Shown piece by piece: positions 35,449 to 46,425 of a stretch of DNA of 64,000 nucleotides. The position numbers and the translations under genes were made by a program. Under the pieces are notes generated by a model. The model was not told the DNA's origin, did not search any database, and saw only the letters and a program-made list of their open reading frames with translations. The DNA comes from Trichosphaerium sp. ATCC 40318 (taxonomy: Eukaryota > Protista > Tubulinea). The stretch is from positions 62,001 to 126,000 of the forward strand of contig JALMLS010000562.1 in assembly GCA_038496445.1 (NCBI GenBank), given 5' to 3'. Position 1 is the stretch's first letter; each line of letters begins with the position of its first letter.

Positions 35449-37547
35449 TTATTTTCCGTCTTCTTCAATGACAACAGGGTGGCCTTCAGACTTTAATGTT
35501 TCAATTCTATACAATGAGTGTTCTTCCAAGTATGGGTTATGTTCAAATATAAAATCGTGGTAATGCAACTCATCTTTATCACTTGCTCTTCTTAGCCCTC
35601 TACCAACCTTTTGAATTAGCAAACTTGCTTCTTTTCCGCCTAATACGTAAATCAACCTACACAGCCACTTTCTCTAAAGAATAACGTACCACAGGCATTG
35701 ACGAGGTGATGAACGTAAACGTTGATACCAAGGAAACCAATAGGACTTTTTCAGGTTAGTTGTAAACAAGAAAACACTCAAAAAAAACAAACAAGAGGTC
35801 TCGCCAGCGCACCTGATGATAGCAACAACTTTTTTCTTGTCTGTTTCACGCAGTTGGGAAAATACATAATCCCTAGTTTCCGCACTATCTTCTCCCTTTA
35901 CCCAGTATGCGTCTGGGATTAAAGCTTGTAGTGCATCACCATGAGCTATCCTAAACAAAATAAGTGAGCTATTTTTACTCAATAACGCCATAGCGCCTTA
36001 CCTCTTTACAAGCACAAGAATACGTCCTAGTAAAAAACCACAGTAAGTATAATATATTCCAATATTCATTAGATATAAAACATGCACATACCCTCTGGAA
36101 CGGCATTTACAATTGCAGCCACTTTTTCATGAAATGGTTCATTTTGAACAATCCCGAACTCTTCAGCTTCTATCCAAGGCAAGTACTTTGGTATTACTAC
36201 ATAAATACATTAAGAACAAAATGAGAATACTAAGACAATTTTGCCTTCACAAGTAATACGTACTAGAGCAATCAATTTTATAAAAATGAGCTGTACTTTC
36301 TGAAAGCACCTTGACACTTTTAAGCTCAAATGTCGATATATCACAAAGCTCTGGTCCAAGCCAACTCTTCACTTGCCAATTATGTAAAGGATCATCAGCT
36401 TTCCATGGTGTAGCTGAAAATCCAAGTCTGTAAAACACTCAGGAAACAAAAATAGAAAATGATCAAAACTTACCTAATAGAAGCATTTTTAAACATTTTC
36501 ATCCATTTCGCTGATTCTTTAGAAGCAAATTGATGAACCTCATCAACAATTAGCACCTATACATTTACTATAAATACGACATTACACGCGAAGGTATGTC
36601 ACTGACTTGTGTATTTTTAATAAGTTCTTTGCTGAGTTTATGCAACGACTGGATTGTTGAACACGTGATCAATGTTGGGTTAAAGTGTTTACCACCTACG
36701 CTAGAACATATTAACATCTCCTTACTTCATAATGCGTATAGTTACCGTCCAATATTTTGAATACCAGCCTTTTCAAACACCTCAAAAGTTTGATCAAGCA
36801 GTGAAATACTACGCGTTAGAACAACTGTTTGGTATTGGTTTTTAAGAGCCTTCAAGATTGCGGTAAACATAAGCGTCTTACCACCGCCTACAAAGAAAAC
36901 GATAAGGCGTTAACTACACTTCACCTCGCTTACCTGTAGCGCATTTTATTATTCCTCTACGCTCTTGGAGTGCAAGATTTGCTACTTGGACTTGGTAATC
37001 CCTGAGCGTTAATGGATTCTCTTTGGTTGAGAGTATATCTGGCGTTACAACATCAGGCTGGCAGGGTTTCGTGTTAGCATTTTGCACAACGTTAAGTTTC
37101 TTTCTACCTCTGGATACGTGCCCTTGAACCCGCGTTCATCTTGTTCTTCCCAGTCGACGTTATTGCTTATCAACTGCGACCGTTAGAAACGTTATTTGTT
37201 CAGACGACTTTTTCGATGTCTAATGCTTGAAAACGCGATTATTAAACGTACAAACGTTTTTACATCAGCTATTAGGCCTGTTGGAAACCGTCCAGATTTT
37301 GAGTCGAAAACATTGACAAAACCCGCCCAGCGATAGTGAGGGAGTTTATTCACCTGTACTGTACCGCCTTCAACTTTCTTTTTCAACGCATAAAACTTTG
37401 GGTGAACGTAGCTGCAAAAACTAAGCATGACAGCGCATTTCACGTTAAATGTACGCGCCTAAAGTGGTGTTGGAGGCCTCTGCGTAACTTTGTATCCTCC
37501 GTCAAGACATGAGAGTGTATGTTCCTCAAACGAAGCACTATAGACAT
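35449..37547 (-). CDS. Superfamily-2 DExH helicase of the phage/prokaryotic UvsW/SSL2-like type, intron-rich
   Basis: GRFPTGL, LRDYQ, CATGGGKT, IVDEVH, GFSATP, QKVGRGLR, HDFIFEHNPYLEEHSLYR. Confidence 0.85.
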
Positions 37548-37993
37548 GATAATGTCAAACGCGTCAAACTCAACACTTGCTAGTGAACCCAACAACAAAA
37601 TCAGTGGCAAAGTCAGAATAATTCATGCACGTTTTACAATTGGTGTCACGTGTCTAACAACATACAGTTGGTCCTGAGGGTTTGTGTATGCGAGAGACTG
37701 AACTTCCCAAAACGAGATTTTATCAGCGCTAGCGCACAACACCCATTCTCATAATAAAAATCAAAGCCATTTACAATAAAGCGCCTGTGCAGGTTTGCAG
37801 TTAATAACTACGAAAAGTTTTGTTTGGGTATTTAGATATATTTACAAATTGATTTTTTACAACTACTTTAGCAGGCAAAGCAATGCGTACTTCAAGCTTA
37901 CTTTGCATGTGCTGTTTTTCGTGAAAGCGGCGTGTTCAGAAAATAGCACGAGATGTTTTACTTGTGGTGTGAATAGTAAACTATTGGCAAGGT

Positions 37994-38904
37994 TTAAAAC
38001 CGAACCACTTTGTCAGCTACGCAACCCTCAACTTTCTTTTCAAGTTCGTTTTTGTCGAAATTCTTGAAATCGAAGGTACATTCATGATCTTCAGGTAGAC
38101 GATGCGCAGGGCAGAATTTCTAAATTGGTATGAGTATTTTGCTTGCGTTTTTATGAAGTATTTTTAAATACTGCACGGTATTATACGTACCACACCACAA
38201 CGGCACTCTATGGCTGTAAAACTGAGCTTCTTACGGCAATTAGGGAAATTGCAGCGACGTTTTCGCTTTCTTGGGGTCAAAGACTGCAAACGGTTAGTTT
38301 ACGCTTAAAATGGGTTGTGAACGGCGTACAGCAACTGCTGGCTTTGGTACAACCGCGGCTTGTACTGGTTGTTGAGCTTGTATAGAATTTTCGACATTTC
38401 GTCGCTGTGGTTTTTTATTGAGAGCTTCCGAGAGGTCATTTTTATCTACAGGCCTTCAAGAGCGTCAGTAATCCGTAACTTCGGTATTTGTGGAAAAGGT
38501 GGTAGCGAATGTTTGGCCGGAATGTCGTAAAACAGCCGTGACTAAATATTTCTACAAAGTGGAACTCAAGCAAAGTAATTTTTTCCGGGCCAAAACGTAT
38601 ACTCTTGGGTAATGAAAGGGGTTTTTGGAGTTACGCTATTTTAGATCCACCAAAACTTTCCGGACGAGCGAAAATTCAACACCAAACGTCACCAACAGCC
38701 AGTAGCGCGTTGCTTGCGTAATTTGGACTGCATTTTACTTGAAATTGCGTATCCGGGGATCCTTACGCGTTACAAGCGACTACGCACTGCGGAACTTGCT
38801 CTTATAGCACGAGATTGATTTTTGATTGAAGCAATTTGAAGAAGTGGTTTAACGTACGTAATTTCAGCTGGTTTTTCGGCTTGAATGTCTCCTCTGTTTG
38901 ACAT
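37994..38904 (-). CDS. AN1-type zinc finger protein
   Basis: RCNFPNCRKKLSFTAIECRCGVKFCPAHRLPEDHECTFDFK; 5' exon structure uncertain. Confidence 0.85.
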
Positions 38905-39097
38905 GATGTGTTGTGTTGTAATGGAGTAAAAGGGGGGAGTTATTGTTGATGAGGTGTTGCGTGTGTTCGCGTTTTAAATTTTTGGCCTGAGAGAAACTAT
39001 TCTGTTCAAAGAAATTCACAATCAGGTCAAGTAGATTCCTGATAGCGAGATAAGTTCACTCAACTGGTTTTCTGCGCTGTGACTTTTACGACAGGTT

Positions 39098-41875
39098 ATG
39101 CTTTCGTCATTGCGCCTATACGCGCGCGTCGAGAGGACGACAGCGTTACGCGTCAAAAGCGTTTCTAGACGCTATTGCGTAAAAACAAAATCTGAACCGT
39201 TTGAGTTGCCTAGCAGCTTTTTAAACCAGTACAAAAACCAGAAGCCACCTTTTGGTACATGCTGCAGCTTTGGAATTTTGTTTTTCTTACATGATGATCT
39301 AGGATTTAATGGCCTTGGCGAGGTTGTGTATAGGCGCACATACAGTCGAGTTAAAGATAGCGGAGGAAATGAACAATGGTGGGAAACAGTGCAGAGAGTG
39401 CGTCAGTCGCTGTAAATATATTCCCTGACCACTATGTAGGTAGTAAATGGAACCTACAATATGCAAGTGAGTAAATCGGAATAAAAGTGTATAATACCAT
39501 TTGTAATACTTGCTCGTAGCGTAGGTGGATAGAGGGACATTCATTGGGTTGGAATGGTGCGTAATTGATTTCAAGCCACATTCTCACGCTGCCAAGCCGA
39601 TAGAGCTCAAAAGTCAGCTCAGGAGATGTACAGGCGCATCTTTTACATGAAATTTTTACCTCCAGGCCGCGGTTTATGGGCAATGGGCTCGCCGTTAACG
39701 GAACAAAAAGGACTCTACGCTGCGTTAAACAACTGGTCCGTCAATTCCTCCCCTTTGTTTTATATTGACATAATTGTCATTATAGTGCATTTGTATCGAC
39801 TGAGTCCATGGCAGAAGATCCTTCGGGCCCATTTTGTTTTTTAATGGACGCGTCAATGTTGGGCGTAGGTGTTGGATTTGACACGAGGGTATTTCATCAT
39901 TCTTTAAGAACAATAAGTAATAAATGGTGTAGGGAGAAAGCAGTATACATATCAAAGAACCAGCAAGTGATGTCACAGAGACTTACGTTATCCCAGACAC
40001 CAGAGAAGGATGGGTTGAATCTGTTAGGCGTTTACTCAAGTACATTAAAATGACAAAACCAAACAAGTATTAACAACACTATAGAGCTTTTATGGAAGGA
40101 GGAGCGATGCCAATTTTTGACTATTCAAAAATACGACCAAAAGGCAGTCCTATCATTGGTAAGTACATTTGTGTTTGTTGTAGTTGTAATAATTCTCGAA
40201 GAATATAACATTATGAAGGGTTTGGTGGAACTGCTTCAGGTGCTGATCCATTACGACAGCTTCATAAAGACATCGAAGCTGGTTTAAGACAAGCTTCTGG
40301 TAAACCAATTACCATCACAACAATAGTTGATATTATGAACTTTATTGGTCGCTGTGTTGTTGCAGGTAATGTCAGACGTACAGCAGAGATTGCTTTTGGT
40401 CCTCCTTCACCAGAGTATATTGACTTGAAAAACTACGACAAAAATCCACACCGAATGCCATACGCGTAAGTAAACAAAATAGTAATGTCAACAAAGAATT
40501 AAAATACATAGGTGGACTTCGAATAATTCTATATACGCTGAGCATGGTATGGATTATGGTCCTATTGCTGATAGAGTACAACAAAATGGTGAACCTGGAT
40601 TTGCATGGCTCCATAATATGCGTGCGTATGGAAGAATGAAGGACCCACCAAACTGGAAAGATCACAGGTACTTGGCTTTTTTTTTGCCGAGCAACACATG
40701 TGCTGTTTGTTGACTTGAGGTGTTTTTAGAGCTAGAGGAGGTAATCCATGCTTAGAACAAACTTTGGAATCTTATGAGTTGTGTTGTCTTGTTGAGACAT
40801 TCCCTAATAATCACGTTGATTGTGAAGACTATCAGAAGACATTAAAATACGCGTATTTATACGCTAAAACAGTCACACTTGGAAAAACACATTGGCCAAA
40901 TGCTAATCGTGTCATGCTTCGTAATAGACGCATTGGGTGCTCAATGAGTGGTATTGCACAATTTGTAGCAGAAAGAGGTATCAACACACTCAAGCAATGG
41001 TGTGAAGAAGGCTATCAAGCTATTCAAAAGTACGTTTAATGAAGAAAAAAGAAGCGATTCCAAATTGCTGATATTTTGTAGGTACGATAAGGACTATTCA
41101 AGCTGGCTAGCTATTCCTAATTCTATAAAAACGACATCTATAAAGCCTTCTGGCACTGTTTCTCTACTTGCAGGTATACAAAATCTTGAAGCTTTAAAAT
41201 TTAAGTAAATTTATTTAGGCGCAACACCGGGCATGCACTGGCCTCTTTCTCGCTTCTATATCCGGCGTATACGCCTTGCTTCGGATTCTACACTTATAGA
41301 ACCTCTTCGAAAGGCAGGATACCCCATTGAGGCGTGCAAGCAAGGTAGATCTTTTAATCTATTTACTTTTGAACTGACAAGAGAATCCATATAGATCCTA
41401 CTCAAACTACTATTGTTGAGTTCCCTGTTGATTGTTGTGAGGGTGCAAACGTAAACTTAAGACGATTGGCTGATGTACCAATGTGGGAGCAATTAGAGAT
41501 GGCTTCCTTTCTACAAAATCACTGGGCTGATAATCAAGTCAGGTAAGCATCCCTGCATTTGACAATATTCGGAACTACTCCCCAAAAACAAGGAAATTAT
41601 GTTTTCTTACCCCAACTTTTAGTTGTACGATTTCGTTCGACCCACAAAACGAAGGGCATCAATTACAGAGGACATTGGAGTACTTTCAGTATAAATTAAA
41701 GGGTGTGAGTTTCCTTCCCCTGTCAAAAGATTCATATCCCCAAATGCCTTATGAGGAGATAACACAAGAGGAATACGAAACGCGCAAGTCAAATATTAGA
41801 CAATTCAACTTAGACGCTATCGATTCTACACCTGACCCTGAAAAATTTTGTGACAATGAAAAGTGTAACTTGTAA
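39098..41875 (+). CDS. nrdJ: Class II (adenosylcobalamin-dependent) monomeric ribonucleoside-triphosphate reductase with a mitochondrial-type presequence
   Basis: VYRRTYSR, FLPPGRGLWAMG, ALNNCAF, MLGVGVGFDT, VVAGNVRRTAEI, GGNPCLEQTLESYELCCLVE, IKPSGTVSLLAG, C-terminal FCDNEKC. Confidence 0.95.
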
Positions 41876-42270
41876 AACTAAACATATCATTTCATTTGAC
41901 GTTTGAAATGTAATACAAAAAAAAAAAAGAGAAAAAAAGACTTGTCGTGTGTTGTGGTGGAAGTTTTTAATATGTTCAGGGAATGGCACCTGTCAGTTCG
42001 TAAGGTCTCGCTTACAGGGCATTCGAATGTATTGTTCATGTAGAGTGCTGTCGGGGATTGAGCCAAAATTTTAGTGGTTCCCACGCCACTTCTCCGTGAA
42101 AACTGCACACTCTGAAAAACTTACATCCTCGGAGATATAAAATCACCCATCGACGCGTGTCATTGCACAAAGGGGACTTAAGAATTTTCAAGTCAAATCT
42201 CAGTCGCAGATAATCAATTTTCATGAAATAGCCTTTACTGTAAAGCAGCGGTGGCCACAGCGTACCAAAG

Positions 42271-43318
42271 ATGCAAACCTCATACAGTCGATTAATATTC
42301 GGCCTTCTCGCCACCGTGTTTGTAGTCTTAGCTTTAAACTTCCTATGGCCAACACCGGGCAAACAACCAAATAAAACAGCGTTATGCGAGACAAAAACCG
42401 ATAGAAAGAACATAGTTGATTCAAAAGGTTATATATGCGATTGGAAGGTACGCTATTATCCCAATAACATGAGCTTTTCAGCAGATTCGCTTTTTTTTAT
42501 CGCCTTTCACTAATTTCGTTTGTAGGATTTAAACTACACAACCAATTGCTGCCCTAAAAAACCAATACAGTACGTTAATAATTTTATAATCTACAAAAAC
42601 CTGAATTGGGCTCTACTTGCGGTATTTGTTCTCATAAAAGCTAAGGTTCTCATGCGAGTCTTGTGACCCTACTGTGCGATGTTGTAAGACGTATTCTAAT
42701 TGCGTAGCGTGTTGTCTTACGCCCGACAACCATTTGAGAGTACGGACATTTTTAATTTATCGGAAAGTATTGATTATCGCCTCTAGACTACAACAATTGC
42801 GCGTTTACCAACAAAAATAAAAGAAACATTGGAGCACAGAGTACGATTTTTTTTTTTGATTTTTTGCGTTGCTACAAACGATACAAATACGCTCTAAATA
42901 AGAGTACCCATATAATTAGTATCTGACGGAAAAATAGGCGTCTAAATTCAAGTACTGCTCTTCTTTGTGTCAAACGGCGTCGGTTTCAGTTTTGCTTGAA
43001 CATAAGTTTAAAAGTCATTTAAAACACTGTTATGGAGCTCAAGGACCTCCTCTTGATGAAGTTCCAACTGAAACCGTTCAAGACGAAAGTACAGAAGATG
43101 AAGACATGGCTCTCACACCTCTTGCGCCTTCTTCATTCAATAACCCTCAGGGTCAACAACGTCAACTCGAAGAAGACGATAATAATACAGAAAAAGACGA
43201 ACAAATCGTTTTTAAGCCAGGTTTATCCTCGGCTTCCTCAACACGCCGTAACTACGTCATGACATTGCTTTATACTGTAGCAGCGATTGTCATGTCGTGG
43301 TATTTTTTTGTGGGTTGA
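42271..43318 (+). CDS. SPRING1: SPRING1/C12orf49 (UPF0454) family Cys-rich membrane protein
   Basis: N-terminal TM; DSKGYICD..NCCP..FSCESCD..CCKTYSNCVACCL..CSSLCQTASVSV..KHCYG; extra C-terminal TM. Confidence 0.75.
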
Positions 43319-43824
43319 GCACTATGAACAAAAAAGAAAAAAAGAAAAATTGTACAGTAAACTTTGTAATATATACCTCATTGATGTTGTTTTTTGAACG
43401 TTTACGAAGAATCGTAATTCCCACTTGAAAAGTTTTGAGAGAAGCTATTTTTACCCTTTCTATATTTTCGTACTATCCGACATTTGCATCAATTAACATC
43501 TAATGTGAAAGAATGTGCCCGAACTTGTATTTATATTTTGACTGGAAGCTTTTTGTTTCTCCGAGAATGTCAACCAAAAAAACTAATTTGGTACAAACGG
43601 TTTTTGGTATCGAACTCAGTTTGCGCTGCCTGGGTAGGTAGACAATAATAGGTTACCCAATAACTTTCGGGCTTCGACTGTACACTTTGGGAGAACGTGG
43701 TCACAAAGCGAAACACGTGACATTGTTTTAGTTGAAAGCCGTTGAAACAGTCGTTGCTTTGTTTCTATACTAGCAAAAGAGGTGATATTACCTTGCCAGT
43801 AAAGGTGTTCTAACGCAGCTTGCT

Positions 43825-45097
43825 ATGTCTACAGACAGAATCGAAGAGAAAGACACTAGCTCAGTTGATCATCTACAAAAGCTTCCAACAGAGTTACACT
43901 ACTTGTTTTACACGCTAGACACTACACTCTACAAAATTTGGCCTCTTTTGTCTCGCTACACTGCTACAACGTCTCGGTTTAACGTAATAACACTCTAATA
44001 AACAAAAAATAACGTTTGCTAGAACTCACTGAACAAACACTGGCTTTGGAAAGCTTGGGGTGATCAAAACAAGCTAAGACGTTGTTGTAGGTTTAATGAT
44101 GGTTCTCCTTGTGAAGAATTAAAGGAGTGGTATGGCAACGGCTTATTGAAACATCATTCTCACTATAATGACATCGGCCAACTTAACGGCTCAACACAGG
44201 TACCAATAATAAAGTAGTTTTCACAACGTGACATTGATTCTTTAGAAGTGGTATCCAGAAGGTAGGTTGTGGGTCGCTTGTACTTATAAGAATGGAAAGT
44301 TACAAGGTAGGTTTAAGGAATGGTTTAGATCGGGCAAAATAAAAACGCACTGTGTCTACAAAAATGGTGTCAAGCATGGAAACTACGCTGATTTCTACCA
44401 GAATAGTTTACGTAAAACTCAGTGCGAATACAACAATGGCGTACTTGACGGTGTTTATACTACTTATAATGAAAGAGGACAAACCAGGGTGGCGTGTATG
44501 TTCTTGAATGGATGCTTAGAAGGACGCTTTAAGATTTTAAATGATACAACAGAGAAAGAACATCGTGACCTACTTGTTTGTTACTATAAAAATGATAAGA
44601 GACATGGACGTTACATGTACAACTACTGGGGCGATATTATACTATGTAATTATGATGATGGTGTACTCAATGGTGAATATAATGTTTGGAAAACAGTACG
44701 TGATAATGTCAAGATAAACACTCTTAGTTGTTTCTTCAAAAATGGCGTCCTTGATGGCCTACTTAAAAAATCAGATCGACAAGGACATTGGAAAGTTGAA
44801 GCACACTTTAAATATGGAGTGTATCATGGCGAATATAGCGAGTTTATACGTGATCAGAGAGTGTACAAAGTGAATTATGTAAATGGTAAAAAACATGGAA
44901 AGTTCACAACATGGTATGAATCAAACAAGATAAAATCAGCTGGCACCTTCAAAAATGACAAGAAAGACGGCAGATACAAAGAATGGCTTGAAAATTCTAG
45001 AATGATAGTATCCTACACATATTCTAACGGCGTACTGTCAGGTCGTTGCAAGGAGTGGGATAGAAATGGCAATCTGCTAGTAAATTGTATTAGATAG
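43825..45097 (+). CDS. MORN-variant (YwqK-like) repeat protein with an F-box-like N-terminus, 3 exons
   Basis: LQKLPTELHYLF.. followed by many YKNGKLxG/WYxNG repeats. Confidence 0.8.
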
Positions 45098-45389
45098 TAA
45101 CTTGAAAGTTTGTTTTGTTGAATAAACATGCAGCTACGGTGGTTAAACAGTTTTTTGCTTTCACAAATGAACCTATTTCAGATTCTTCAACTGTTTTTTA
45201 TTTCTACAGTCCTTGTGGCGTTTGATTATGCTTATCTTCCTTCTACGTTTAGGCTCAAATTCTGTAGGCTCATTTTACTGCGACATTTGGTTGTTGGCAA
45301 GCGTTAGTTAGTGTCTTTGTGAACTTTGATTCTTTGTCGTTTGATTTTTTTTCTCCAAGCACGTGTTACTTTTCCAAGCTATATTGCGA

Positions 45390-45978
45390 CTATCTGAATG
45401 CATTGCGCATAAACCGTAATACAGTATCAGCTTTAATGCCTAACTGGTTCATCTGTGCAGCAGGATCAACCAGTTTTTGTGTGCCTAAACAGAGACTATA
45501 CCTTCTCCAAACGTGCTTCCTAAGAGTTGCAATTAAGAAAGAGTGTCACCAAATGACACATACCAACTTATGTTTTCCTCTACTGTTTCTGATATTACTG
45601 CTTGTAGCTGCTTTTTAACGCTTCTCACTGTTGTGTTGAATGTCACAATCAATCCTTTTGGTTAGACTTAGTTGGTGTTGCAGTAAGGCAATTGTCGTAC
45701 GTATACGCTCTCCTGTGAACTTTTCTACGTAGATTGGAAAGGCTTGGCCTGTTTCGATTTTTATCAGGTCGTCTAAGTATTCCACAGTGACATTAGAAGG
45801 TATTGGAGCTAGTACAGGGTCCAAAAGCAAGGTATTAAGCATTTCCTTATGGCAACATGTTAGATAACCATTCATAGCGCGTAAATAGTACTTTTTGGGC
45901 GTTCGGTTCAAGTGCCAATGAAATTGCAAGCAGTTTGTCAAATTCTTTCGATAATTTGCCTTTTTTCTGTTCTGCCAT
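45390..45978 (-). CDS. SNRNP25: U11/U12 snRNP 25 kDa protein (ubiquitin-like)
   Basis: DPVLAPIPSNVTVEYL..IETGQAFPIYVEK..ISWKHVWRRYSL..LGIK..LRF. Confidence 0.85.
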
Positions 45979-46078
45979 CCCGCACAGTTGGGACATACGT
46001 TGTGCTTTCAATAATACAATAATAAGTATCTAAACGTTTAGTCAAACGAGGTACTTTGTTCATATAACAAAAAACAGC

Positions 46079-46336
46079 ATGTGCGTGCGAGTGTTACTAC
46101 TATTCGCGATATGCGCCTTGATTAATGCTACTTGTAATGTGGAGGAGTCAGCTGATTGTGTTACACGTTTTATAGACTGTGTGAGGGCGGTAGTGCGGCC
46201 CACAAAGCCCCTGATGTGTGAATGTTGGAAAACAGAGCTATCTTGTATTAATAACGCTGGCTGCCGTGGAGATTCTGTTTGGGTTCAAACTCTTGGCCAA
46301 TGTAGCCGTATATGTGGCGCAGAATGCACAGATTGA
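46079..46336 (+). CDS. Small secreted cysteine-rich protein (85 aa, intronless)
   Basis: Hydrophobic signal peptide and 10 Cys in the predicted mature part. Confidence 0.75.
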   Translation: MCVRVLLLFAICALINATCNVEESADCVTRFIDCVRAVVRPTKPLMCECWKTELSCINNAGCRGDSVWVQTLGQCSRICGAECTD

Positions 46337-46425
46337 ATACCACTCAAGATAACGATGACAGACCACCGTTTAATTGTAGTGTTATGTAAGTAAATACAAG
46401 ATCTTTTTAGCTCCTTGGACGTTTT

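Noticed and set aside
32037-41875. DHFR + phage-like helicase + class II RNR as a relic integrated virus
   Set aside because: All three are intron-rich and interleaved with TAF12, a sterol desaturase and an AN1 gene; no capsid, integrase or terminal repeats
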